Assembly (NCBI GenBank): GCA_951406725.2
Contig: OX597823.1
Coordinates: 53,692,001 to 53,756,000 of the forward strand
DNA: 64,000 nt
Origin: Octopus vulgaris
Lineage: Eukaryota
Direction of reading: 5' to 3'
Position numbers and translations under genes: made by a program
The notes under the pieces: model-generated
What the model saw: the letters and a program-made list of their open reading frames with translations, nothing else
What the model was told of the DNA's origin: nothing
Database searches by the model: none
In this document: in pieces, positions 43,147-54,640 of the stretch
Position numbering within the stretch: position 1 is the first letter of the stretch
Layout: the number at the start of each line of letters is the position of its first letter

Positions 43147-43524
43147 CTGAAACACAGAAAATTTGGAGAAAGATAATGAGAAACACAATTGTAAGAAAGT
43201 AAATAGGATATTTCTTTAAATAGAGTCGAAATGGAAGGAAGTCCGGGAGGAGGAGGAAAAAAAGACTAAGGAAGAGGGGTCGGACGACGACGATGAAGAA
43301 GAAGAAGAAGAAAAAGAAGCTAGTCTACCATCCCCTCAATAGAAAGCTCTCACTCTTTCTTTTACTCTCCCGCTCCTTCCTTCCCCCATTATTTTTCTGT
43401 CTTACCCTCTCTCATTCTCCCTTGGCCTCTCTCTCACTCTCCTTTACCCTCTCTCGCTCTTTTGCTCTCTCTACCCTCTTTCTCTATCCTCTTCTCACTC
43501 TCTCTTACCCTTTCCCTCGCACTT

Positions 43525-43586
<62 letters not shown>

Positions 43587-45126
43587 TGTGATTCTATCTG
43601 TCTATTTATCTGAAGAGGAATCTTTTGTTTCTTTTTTTTGTTGTTTATTTTCTTTCCGCCAGAATTTTTGATGTATTTCAATTTTTTTTTTTTTTAAATG
43701 TAAGACTTTTTAATGATTTTGTTTACACACACAAAAAAGTAAATAAATAAAAATCCCCCAGACAAAGTTTCACAATGAGATGACCTTAAGTAAGGTTCGG
43801 CTTGACGAACTGCAAGATGGCGGTTGCTGAATAAACTTTCGCAAAGGAGAGAATTAAAGGGAGATAACTTTCTGGAGAGCAAGGACTAGACAAATCACTT
43901 GATAAGTGATTTGTGAGAAGTCTGGGAAAAGGGAAGCACAATATGAAGCAGATAGAGACAACTGTTTAGCTTCGGTCGACCATGATAGAGCAGAACTATG
44001 ATCAACAGCATTGTATTTCCTCGTTGCACAATACTCAGGGCGATATATAATTAGTCCTTCTTTGCTAAAAGACTAAGGTGTTATTTTAAGGGAGCTTAGG
44101 ATGTTATCCCTAGTAGGTAAAGTAAAAAGATTTCTTTGATGGTTTGTAGATTATGATGATGTTTCCACTATTTCTAACATTTAATTTTTTTCAAAAGAAA
44201 TTTTAGGAAAAACAATTGCCTTTACAAAAATGTTGTTGCTGTTGTTGTTGTTCCTTAGCCCCAAATTCTCAGGAAGAGCAGATCTATAGTCGATGATATT
44301 CCGCCGTAACCGGCCTATTATTCATTTTCTCGTTCGTCCCCCCCCCACTCTTTTCAAAATTCGTTTAAAGGATGTTCTATTGTGTCTGGGGGGAGTCAGT
44401 TTCTTTTTGTGCCTTATAATTTGTGTCAAAAAGAAAATGACTCTCCCCAGACACAACAGAATATGCTTCAACACACGAACTCACATAAAGAATCTTGCAA
44501 ACCAAATCCAAAATCGAAATATAAGTTTAAAGGATATTTGTCTTCTAATTTTAGCATGTCAAATAAAAAAGCCCTTGTTGGCTGATGTTGTTGCTGCTAT
44601 TGCTGTTGTTTCTGTTTCTGTTGTTAATGATGATGATGAATACGATGATGATAATAACGACGGAGACGACAAAGATGCTACTGATGTGATTTTGGCGGTG
44701 GTAGTGGTGGTGATGCTTCCGCTGCTGCTGCCGCTGATGATGACGATGGTGATGTTATTGATATGTTGTTGCTGATATCTTGTTGTTGCTATTATTATTG
44801 TTATAATGGTCGTTCTCGTTGTAGTTGTTAACCAACAGTTTCTTTCGGCTGGTTTGTATGTATTCGTGTGAAGTGGTTTCTCCCCTTCCTCCCCCTCTCC
44901 AATATGTAATCTATGTGTGATGTTATTGACTGAGCTAACTTGTAATTCCGGTTGCATATATGTTGAACAGACAAGTTTCTAAAATAATAAAAAAAAGAAT
45001 TGCACTTATTTTTTTTCATTAAAATTACAATTCCAACATGTTTTCATACGTATTTTTGTTTTTTCTTTGTTTATTGCCATATTTTTTTTACCATTTATTT
45101 TTAGAACAATTTTTTTTTTTACTTAT

Positions 45127-45906
45127 TCAACAGGAAGTCTTCCAGACTAATTTCGTATTATTAATAATAAGGAAATATCTATATTGTAATTCTTTTATTT
45201 TAATGTTGTTACTGCTACTGCAAGACGGGTAAGCGTGATTAGGTGATGGTCTAGGGCTTAGAGGCGGGAGACCCCAGACCTTGGAAAAAAAAAACTTTGG
45301 TCGTCTTGTTGTAGTCGAGGGCTCTTCGTTGACGCCCGACACCACTGGGAAGTGGCCCTCGAAGTCGCTGGAAATGGAGATCTCCCGATCCAAATTCTTA
45401 AACGGCCGCTGCTGCTGCTTGTGATCAAAAGCGTTCTATCCACAGCTCATTTCATCTCTTTCCCGGCAGCAATACCTCTGGATACCGCTAGAATCACATA
45501 TTCCAAAGGCAGGGTGTAATTTGAGGGAGGTTTCATTCCTATTTCTAGCAACACGGATGACCGTGTAGATCAGGCATGACCAATATTTTTCGAGCAGCGG
45601 GTCGCATGAGACATGGCTCATCACCAGGCGGACCGCATTAGCAATAATATTCAAAGATAATTTTTCGTTGGTGGGGTGCCATTCGGAGTGTCTGGCAGGC
45701 TGCAGGTTGCCCATGAATGACGAACAGGCTCCTTTGTTGATTCGTTCTGACTGATTGGATGCTAAATCATCTACTGCAATATTTATAAATTTTCCGTTGC
45801 CTTTCTTCGCTACGTGTAAATGTCGCCAGTTGCTATTACTGTTGTTGCTATTGTTGTGACTTATCTCAAGACAGCTCTGATCACTTGTACCTTTGATTAT
45901 TGCCAT
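45127..45906 (-). other. Intronic 260-codon reading frame of unknown nature, interrupted by one TAG (45436-45438)
   Basis: ORFs 45436-45906 and 45127-45393 share a frame with no other stop; unique, CpG-containing sequence; includes a hAT-TIR-like piece at about 45571-45637. No recognised homology. Confidence 0.25.
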
Positions 45907-46012
45907 TGTATCCCGTCTTTTTTCTCAAACCTATTATACTTAGGAGTACATTACCAATTGTCTTCTCTATTGTGTATGTGCGTATGTATGTATGTACGTA
46001 CGTACGTATGTA

Positions 46013-46056
<44 letters not shown>

Positions 46057-46122
46057 GTGATTTGAAGGAGATATGGCAGTTATTTGTAGCTGTTCCAGTA
46101 GCCTCCTAGAGATTTTTTTCAT

Positions 46123-46153
<31 letters not shown>

Positions 46154-46181
46154 TAATCATTATTATTATCATTACTATTAC

Positions 46182-46223
<42 letters not shown>

Positions 46224-46224
<1 letters not shown>

Positions 46225-46713
46225 GAGTGAGTGAGAGAGCAGCGCATGACATCAAAGTGACACTGGGGTACAAATATACAAAACCCAGTATACTCATTAT
46301 AACTACTCGTTTGATAAAGGGATGCTAGGCACATGCATCACAGCCATATGTACGCGATATGGTGATTTTGTATCAAGATAAATAGCGCATGACCTAGCAG
46401 GTGGAGCCCAATTAGAATTTTCTTCAGGTCGAGTAGCTCATCCCGCTCAAAAGGTCCCTGAATAAGAGTTGTTTAAAGATGATGAACAAAACACCCATGT
46501 TTCCAGAGACGAATTATTCAAACCTCAAAGAATTCCTCTCAACACATGACTATGGTACTCCCCCGCTACTCCTGCACGGGATCAGAGATACACATATCAT
46601 CAGCCACTAAAGGAAATGCTCAACTGCTTAAGGTCAAGCAAATGACAAGCAAATCTGTGGTATTGAGCAGAGTATTTGCTATAGCCCATCCTTTATTCCA
46701 AAACAAAACAATG
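46224..46713 (-). mobile_element. About 500-bp non-coding (TAA)n-associated retroelement, copy 1
   Basis: Homologous to the copies at 46990, 48468 and 50233; 3' end abuts (TAA)n. Confidence 0.8.
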
Positions 46714-46918
46714 TACTGCGCTTACATAATTTTAAGAATGTGTTATTACATTTAATTCCGGATCTAAATGAATGAATGTGCCCTGTACATCTAACCGTAA
46801 ATATGTTTCTAGTCAAGCAAATTTACAAGTTTTCACTGTCTAGTCTCCTAATTCATTAGTTCTAGACACAGGACCGATGATTAAGGTAGAAGAGTAATTT
46901 ATTGTTTCAAATCACATG

Positions 46919-46957
<39 letters not shown>

Positions 46958-46989
46958 TATAATAATAATTATAATAATAATAATAATAA

Positions 46990-47497
46990 CTGATTGGAAG
47001 TGTTATCGTGTACATTGTTTTGTCTTGGTATAAAAGATGGGCTACAGCAAATATTCTGCTCAATACCACAGATTTGCTTGTCGGTTGTTTGACCTTAACC
47101 AGTTGAGCATGTCCCTTAGTGGCTGACGATATGTGCATCTCTGATCACGAGCAGAAGTAGTGCGGGAGCATCATAGCCATGTGTTGAGAGGGATTCTTTG
47201 GGGTTTGAATAATTCACCTCTGGAAACATGGGATGGTTCTTTCAGCATCCTTAAACAACCCTTATTCAGGGACCTTTTGAGCAGGATGGGCTACTCAACC
47301 TGAAGAAAATTCTAACTGAGCCCACCTGCAAGGTCATGTGCTGTTTATCTTGATATGAGATCACCATGTCGCGCACATATGGTTGTGATGCATGTGCCTG
47401 GTGTACCCTTATCAGACGGGTGGTCATGATGGGTATATTGGGCTTCGTATATTTGTACCCCAGTGTCACTTTGATGGCATGAACTGTTCTCTCACTC
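46990..47497 (+). mobile_element. (TAA)n-associated retroelement, copy 2
   Basis: Flanked on both sides by (TAA)n. Confidence 0.85.
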
Positions 47498-47568
47498 AAT
47501 AATAATAATAATAATAATAATGATAATAATAATGATAATAATAATGATAATAATAATAATAATAATAA

Positions 47569-47599
<31 letters not shown>

Positions 47600-47681
47600 A
47601 AGAAGAAGAAGAAGAAGAAGAAGAAGAAGAAGAAGAAGAAGAAGAAATAATAATAACCTTTTCTACTAAAGGCACAAGTCC

Positions 47682-47754
47682 GCCCGCATAGCTCAGTCGG
47701 TAGAGCATCAGACTTTTAATCTGAGGGTCACGGGTTCGACTCCCTCTGCAGGCG
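47682..47754 (+). tRNA. tRNA-Lys(UUU), probably a retroposed copy or pseudogene
   Basis: GCCCGCA TA GCTC AGTCGGTA GAGC A TCAGA CTTTTAA TCTGA GGGTC ACGGG TTCGACT CCCTC TGCAGGC G. D and anticodon arms are canonical; one acceptor-stem (C4:A69) and two T-stem mismatches; T4 tract just downstream. Confidence 0.85.
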
Positions 47755-47860
47755 TACGTTTATTTTAATGGTCGTTTACTGCCGCTTTAAAGGTTAAACG
47801 AAATAAAGAGTATATAAGTAAATAATTCTTGAATCATAATTTATTATATATATATTTCAT

Positions 47861-48213
47861 AGGCGTAGGAGTGGCTGTGCTTACCAACCACATAGTTCCG
47901 GGTTCAGTCCCACTGCGTGGCACCTTGGGCAAGTGTCTTCTACTATAGCCTCGCTCATTGTTTTGGATTAGTCATAGCATTTATGTGTGTGTGTTTGTGT
48001 GTCTGTGTTTGTCCCCCCAACATCGCTTGACAACCAATGCTGGTGTGTTTACGTCCCCGTAACTTAGCGGTTCGGCAAAAGAGACCGATAGAATAAGTAC
48101 TAAGCTTACAAAGAATAAGCCCTGGGGTCGATTTGCTCGACTAAAGGCAGTGCTCCAGCATAGCCACAGTCATATGACTGAAAGAATTAAAAGAATAAAA
48201 GAGTAAAAGAGAG
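47861..48213 (+). mobile_element. SINE family B copy (internally deleted) with aaaagag-type tail
   Basis: Head aggcgtaggagtggctgtg...ccgggttcagtccc; body cgtccccgtaacttagcggttcggcaaaagagaccgatag. Confidence 0.8.
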
Positions 48214-48228
48214 TACTAAAAGTACAAG

Positions 48229-48447
48229 GACTGAAATTTGGGGTGCGGAGACTAAGTGGATTATATTGACCCCAGTGTTTCACTGGTACTTAATTTATCG
48301 ACCCTGAAAGGATGAAAGGATGAGGTTGACTTTGCCTTTCATCCTTTCGGGGTCGATATATTAAGTACCAGTGAAACACTAGGGTCGATGTAATCGACTA
48401 GTTCCCGCCCTCAAAATTTCAGGCCTTGTACCTTTAATAGAAAAGAT
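48229..48447. mobile_element. Head-to-head fusion of two SINE-A 3' halves (palindrome centred at about 48325)
   Basis: ...ttatcgaccctgaaaggatgaaagg / cctttcatcctttcggggtcgata...; both arms carry the variant gtgaaacac. Confidence 0.85.
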
Positions 48448-48467
48448 TATTATTATTATTATTATTG

Positions 48468-49020
48468 TGTGAGAGAGCAGTGCATGCCATCAAAGTGACA
48501 CTGGGGTAAAATATACGAAGCCCAATATACCCATCATGACTACCCGTCTGATAAGGGTACACCAGGCACATGCATCACAACCATATGTGCGCGACATGGT
48601 GATCTCATATCAAGATAAACAGCACATGACCTTGCAGGTGGGGCTCAGTTAGAATTTTCTTCAGGTTGAGTAGCCCATCCCGCTCAAAAGGTCCCTGAAT
48701 AAGGGTTGCTTAAGTATGTTGAAAGAACCACCCATGTTTCCAGAGGTGAATTATTCAAACCCCAAAGAATCCCTCTCAACACATGGCTATGATGCTCGCC
48801 CACTACTTCTGCTCGTGATCAGAGATGCACATATCATCAGCCACTAAGGGACATGCTCAACTGGTTAAGGTCAAACAACTGACAAGCAAATCTGTGGTAT
48901 TGAGCAGAATATTTGCTGTAGCCCATCTTTTATACCAAGACAAAACAATGTACATGATAACACTTCCAAGCAGTTAAGATCAGAAGCCATGAGAGCCACT
49001 GCCTGGTACTGCATCAGGGC

Positions 49021-49023
<3 letters not shown>
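48468..49023 (-). mobile_element. (TAA)n-associated retroelement, copy 3 (longest)
   Basis: Flanked by (ATT)n on both sides; extends further 5' than the other copies. Confidence 0.85.
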
Positions 49024-49053
<30 letters not shown>

Positions 49054-49629
49054 CACACATATGATTTGAAGCAATCAATTATTCTTCTACATTAAATATC
49101 GTTTCTGTGCCTAGAACGAATGAATGTAGAATTGGTAGACTAGACAGTGAAAACTGTAAATTTGCTTGACTGGAAACACACTTAAGGTTAGATATACTGG
49201 ACACATTCATTCGTTTAGATTCAGAATTAAATGTAATAACACATTCTTAAAATTATGTAATCGTACACTTTACTACAATCTAATATGTACATGTGTCTGT
49301 GTAGCGTATGTTTGTATGTTGTTGTTTTTGCTATTGTTTAACCCTAAATCACCCTCATTGAGCTGATAAATGACCAAGAGCAATCCTATCGTAACCATCC
49401 AATATTTGTTGTTTTAATGTCCTCCAAATTATTCAACTTCTTTCCTTTTTTAAGCTGCTACAGTATGACGGGAAGGAAATCTGGTCGCTATTGTGTAAAA
49501 GGTAAAGTGACTATACATAGACACCCCCGTTAGCTCGTGTGTATGTCTGTGTGAGTGTGCGTGTTTTGCGTGACATGGTACTATTTTCTGTCAGATTGAC
49601 TAATGAATTATGTCTCTTTAACTACTTAC

Positions 49630-49927
49630 CTGTATAACTGCTTCAGCTGTATAGAACCACGGGCTACAATGAAAACGACTGTGATATAAACTGGATAGAA
49701 AACCACCAGCCAAGACGTGTGGAAATACACGACGATCAATGGAGCTGTGAAAGACTCTGTGTAGGTATTCTTGGAAAACTGGGTGAAACCAACCCATAGT
49801 GTACCGAGAATAATCGTGATCAGTACGCCGCAACTATATTGCTTTTGAGCTTCTGTGCAACTAAGATATGATTTGTAAGTTTCGGTCATTGAGGACGAAC
49901 TCACTATGTTGCTTTGCCCAGAGGTAT
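49630..49927 (-). CDS. SLC35F3: SLC35F3/F4-like transporter, most 5' exon found (...GTLWVGFTQFSKNTY...FTAPLIVVYFHTSWLVVFYPVY...)
   Basis: tttttcAG|AT...TACAG|GTaagt; 298 nt, phase 1 to 2; WVG.TQ..K.T, F.AP and F.T.W...F.P.Y motifs; splices in frame to 43146. F3 versus F4 orthology cannot be resolved. Confidence 0.9.
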
Positions 49928-49969
49928 CTGAAAAATAAATAAATAAATAAATATAAGACCTTGTGTACG

Positions 49970-50011
<42 letters not shown>

Positions 50012-50152
50012 CACAGGGTAGGCCAAAAGTCACTCAAAATAAGTTCAAGACGCTCCGGAATTGTGAAAAACATGCTTCAATTTTTCTAAAATTGAAAAAA
50101 GAACTGATAAAATAATGAGGAGTACACACATGCTTGCACATGATGGACAAGA

Positions 50153-50217
<65 letters not shown>

Positions 50218-50232
50218 CTCAACAACAACAAC

Positions 50233-50468
50233 TCTTATTCACGGACCTTTTGAGTGGGATATGCTACTCGACCTGAAGAAAAGTCTAACTGGACCCCACC
50301 TGCAAGGTTTTGCACTGTTTATTTTGATATGAAATCATCTTGTTACGTGCATATGGTTGTGGTGCATGTACTTGGTATACCCTTATCGGAAGAGTAGTCA
50401 TGATGGGTATACTGGGCTTCGTATATTATACCCCAGTGTCACTTTGATGGCACGCACTGCTGTCTCAC
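50233..50468 (+). mobile_element. (TAA)n-associated retroelement, copy 4 (5'-truncated)
   Basis: 3' half only, between (TAA)n tracts. Confidence 0.8.
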
Positions 50469-50489
50469 TAAATAATAATAATAATAATG

Positions 50490-50538
<49 letters not shown>

Positions 50539-50553
50539 TAATAATAACAACAA

Positions 50554-51390
50554 CATATTAAAGAACGGCAGTAGCCCAACATGTCGTGTATGCCGACAAC
50601 AAAATGAAACCATTGACCATGTTGTCTCCAAATGCAGTCTTCTAGCGCCTACAGAGTACCTCAGTAGGCATGATAGAGCTGCACAATATATTCACTGGGT
50701 AATTTGCAAAAACCTGGATTTGCCTCATGAAAAAAACTGGTGGGAACACAATCCACCTCCAGTGCTTGAAAATGACCACATCTCACTCCTCTGGAACTTC
50801 ACCATTCAAACTGACAGGAAGATAGATGAAAATAGGCCAGACATCATATTGAAAGACTTCAGACAAAGAACATGCCTCCTCATTGATATGACTGTCCCAA
50901 TCGATATAAACGTATCTGTCAAGACCTACCAAAAACTGAGCAAATATAAAGATCTTGAAATAGAAATCAGCAAAATGTGGAAGCTGAAGACTAAAACAAT
51001 ACCTGTTGTCATAGGTGCCCTGGGAATGATAGCGAAAGGGACTGATTGCTACCTAACTCAAATACCAGGAAACCCCAAAATGGCGGAAATTCAAAAGATA
51101 GTGCTCATGGGAACTGCTCATATCCTACGCAAAATACTCTCTATGTAATCCCAAGGTTTAAAACAAACTTTTTTTTATTTTTTTAATTTTTAATTTTTAT
51201 CTTTTATTTATTTTATTTTTTTTATTTTTTATTTATTTATTTTTTATTTTTATGTATTAGACATTCACTAGTACAACACCAAAAAAAAAACCCAAATATA
51301 TGGCACAGAACTTCCAACCTGTTGTCTCTTGAGGTCTCTGGGTGAGACTTGGAGCCAACTTGTACAGACATAAAGCAAAAGTCAAACATA
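50554..51390 (+). mobile_element. 5'-truncated Dong/R4-like LINE: CCHC finger + restriction-like endonuclease + 3'UTR
   Basis: CRVC...ETIDHVVSKC, RHD, RPDII...LLIDMTVP, KLSKYKDL, IPVVIGALG; open to the stop at 51148; (TAA)n on both sides. Confidence 0.92.
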
Positions 51391-51452
<62 letters not shown>

Positions 51453-51731
51453 GTAGTTTCAAGTTTTGACACAAAGCCAGCAATTTCGGGGAAGGGATTA
51501 AATTGATTACATCGGCGCCACTGTTCAACTGATACTTGTTTTATCGACCCCGAAAAGATGAAAGGCGAGTCGACCTCGGCGAAATTAAAACTCAGAACAT
51601 AAAGGCAGACGAAATGCCACCGATAATTTTGCCCGGCGTGCTAACGATCCAGCCAACTCGCCATGATAATATTAATAAAACGTCAAATGTTTTGGTTCGT
51701 GATTTTTAGCCCACCCTATATATATATATAC

Positions 51732-51924
51732 ACGAGAGGGTGCTAGAAGGTTCCTGGGTTTGGGTAAAAGAAAATACAGGAAGATCACTTAATTATGATT
51801 TTATTCAACATATTCTCCTCTCAGGTTCACACGCTTATTACAACAGCCCTTCAGTTTTTCTAAGCCCTGTAAAAGAACTCGGGAGGTTCGTGACTCCTTC
51901 AAAGCCAGGAATTTTCAGCACCTC

Positions 51925-51929
<5 letters not shown>
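51732..51929. mobile_element. Tc1/mariner-like MITE
   Basis: Imperfect TIRs ACGAGAGGGTGCTAGAAGGTTCCTGGGTTT / ACAAGGAGGTGCTGAAAATTCCTGGCTTT; left flank is (TA)n. Confidence 0.7.
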
Positions 51930-51956
<27 letters not shown>

Positions 51957-52598
51957 CCTGTCTGTCTGTATGTATGTATTATGTATGTATGTATGTATGT
52001 ATGTATGTATGTGTGTGTGTATGTATGTATGTACACGCCAATCATATGCTATCCGAGCTGTATGTATCCAAAATTCTGGCGACCCAACTCCATCACCATC
52101 GAAAATAGATGCAAAAGTAATAGATCAAAGTCATTCTCGTAAATTGTAAATTGTATTAAACGATTGATAACAATGTCGGAACAAGTAGACGGTTCAAATC
52201 AGACCGACACACACTTATGATAAATATACTCGTTCTGCAATTTATACAGAAGAAAATTAAGGCAACGAGCTGGCAGAATCGTTAGCTAGCCGGACAAAAT
52301 GCTTAGCCGTATATTTTTTTATGTTCTGATTTCAACTTCCACTGAGCGAAATTTCTGGACTTGCACCAAAATTTAAAATTAATATATACAAAAGGAACGC
52401 AACGCCTTTGGCTAATCATATTTGGGACCTTCAAGAGAACAATATAAATATAAATAAGCAATAATACAGAGTGCTAATATGAATGTTAATGCTTCTGGAA
52501 CAGCCCCGGCTCTCGAATGCACGACGGAAAATACAACATAAATACACAACTCATGGGCTTACTCAATCAAAGAAATGATACAATATAATACTATAGAC

Positions 52599-52800
52599 CA
52601 GTGGTTTTTAACAAGGGTTCCACCAGTACAGTCCAGGGGTTCCGCAAGAAGTTAAAAAAACTGCTAAAATCGGCAGTAATTTTTAATTCTCCTGTGCAGA
52701 TATGTGTGCATAAGACTATTAAATTATTGCCCAGGGGTTCCTCGAGCCAGTGGAATGTTTCCTTGGGGTTCCGCTCCAGCAAAAAGTTTGAAAAGCACTG
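52599..52800. mobile_element. hAT (Charlie-like) MITE
   Basis: CAGTG...CACTG termini; perfect 8-bp TSD CTATAGAC (52591-52598, 52801-52808). Confidence 0.9.
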
Positions 52801-53437
52801 CTATAGACCCTAGAAAAATTCGTCTCTTAAAACTGATCCGAATTGCAAACAGGCTAAATATCTGATGGTATAATATCAGCGGAGGTGGCGGTGAAGAAAC
52901 AACAATACCGAATTCTACGAAACAACAGTTTTGACCGAACAGGAAAAATTGAAGTAACTAGTAATTTAGGGGTACCGACCACACAGAAGCTCTAAACAGA
53001 ACTGCAAAATTTACAAACATCAAGTAGAACACCCACAGAGTTAATACAGACAGAAACAGCATAACGATTGCGGGGAAACCGGATATAACAAAACTGACCC
53101 ATAAAAAATCCAATAAATCATTCAATAAAAAGTGACAACAAAATAACAAGCGAAAAAAGATAACCCTCTCAATGAATTATCCAATGAAAATGAAGGAGAC
53201 TCTATTGAAAGCGGATAAACCAATACGTTCAACCTATGTTGACAAAATAACCGACGAATCAACCACTGAAAAGAAACATCACGACAGCACTCCAACTGAA
53301 ACACACGACTGTTATAAAATAATATTTAGAAACTAGTCAATAAAACCATTAACTATCCACAGAAACATGAGCATATTTCTATATAAGCTAGAAGAAATAC
53401 CATAAAAATATTTCCCTGAAAGATCGTAGTATAGCTT

Positions 53438-53694
53438 TGTTAAGCTTATTTGCTAACAAACAAGTGGAGACGAGAATACATTTGTCAAAGGTTTATTACT
53501 TTATGTACATCAGGGCTTAAGTCGTCAGCTATTTCTGTTTAGTTCACTCAGATTCGTTTTACACTCACTGTTGACATTCTTTTGTTTTCCTTCTCCTACC
53601 GGAAGTCCCTTTTGTTTTACTGCTGACCAACTTTCTAGCTAGCCCGCAGCGAAGTTTCTGTCTACAGTTCGTCTGTCACGAATCCTGCCCTACA
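53438..53694 (-). mobile_element. Putative 3' LTR of the adjacent Gypsy element
   Basis: TGTAGGGC...GCTTAACA termini; preceded by the polypurine-like tract GGGGTGGGGTGGGGGAG; AATAAA about 55 nt from the end. Confidence 0.65.
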
Positions 53695-53754
53695 TAGCTC
53701 CCCCACCCCACCCCAGAACTGTTGACTGTCATTGGAAACGGGAAGGCATTTTAA

Positions 53755-54640
53755 TTATCCAGCCCATTCGCGTTTTTGGGAACCGATGTTGAGAGAAAGG
53801 GTGCGACGACCGTATGCCTCGATTGTGGACCCGTTGGCGGCTGTTAAAGGTTGGCTCCGCTTTCCGTGACGGAGGTCCCTTGCCGACGCCGGTATCACGC
53901 TGACTTCTGCTCCTGTGTCGATGAGGAACCTGTGTCCGGAGCTGCGATCGTGGACATAGAAGAGCATTTGGTCATGTCTGCCGGCCACCAGGACGTTCAC
54001 TGGCGGCCGACCCTGGAGTTTCTTTGGGACACTGGTGAAGGGGTCCCGAAGCTACTTGGTTGTTTGCACTTTGTCGCCTCTTTTCCAAACTTTACATGGT
54101 AGAAGCACAGGTCATTATGCTTAACCCTACCCCGTCTCGGGGCCGACCCTATGGCGTTGACCATGACACGGCTGGATAAAAATTTGTCAGCTACCTTTGC
54201 TAATTGCTGCAGGTCCTTGATTTGGGTCTGAGTTATGAGGGCCTGGACCTGGGGTGGCAGCTTGCGGAGGAATATTTCTTTAAACAAAAAGGAAGGTGAC
54301 TCGCCGGTGAGGGGGGACTAATGCCAACATCCTACCCGGATGGCTTGGAATCGCTTGATTCCTCCTCCATTATCTTGGCTGCCACTTCTCTTTCACCAAA
54401 TCGGAATGTATCCATTACCCTATCTTTCAATATGGCCTATTTTTTTGTTGGTGGGGGATGGGTTGAAATGTCCAGCACCCTCGTTGCCGTGTCTTCGTCT
54501 AGTGCCGCCACAACGTGCGAGTACTTCGTTTGGTCGGCCGTTACCTTGCTTATATTAAATTGAATTTCCGCCTGCGTGAACCACAGTTCAGCCCTCTTAG
54601 GCCAGAACTGTGCTAGCCTAGGATGTAGTGCGGTGTGTTG
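53755..54640 (-). mobile_element. Ty3/Gypsy (CsRn1-like) gag + protease relic
   Basis: Gag: FW...AELWFTQAEIQF, FKEIFLRKLP, CFYHVKFGKEATKCKQPS (CX2HX9CX3C with the last C replaced by S). Protease FLIDTGAEVSVIP and LTAANGSTI in the -1 frame. Stops and frameshifts in gag. Confidence 0.9.

Noticed and set aside
50357-51148. 263-aa ORF as a host gene
   Set aside because: Chimera of a non-coding repeat, (AAT)n and a LINE endonuclease C-terminus.
52880-53430. Penelope RT remnant (KADK-like motif)
   Set aside because: Only one short motif is readable; insufficient without a profile search.
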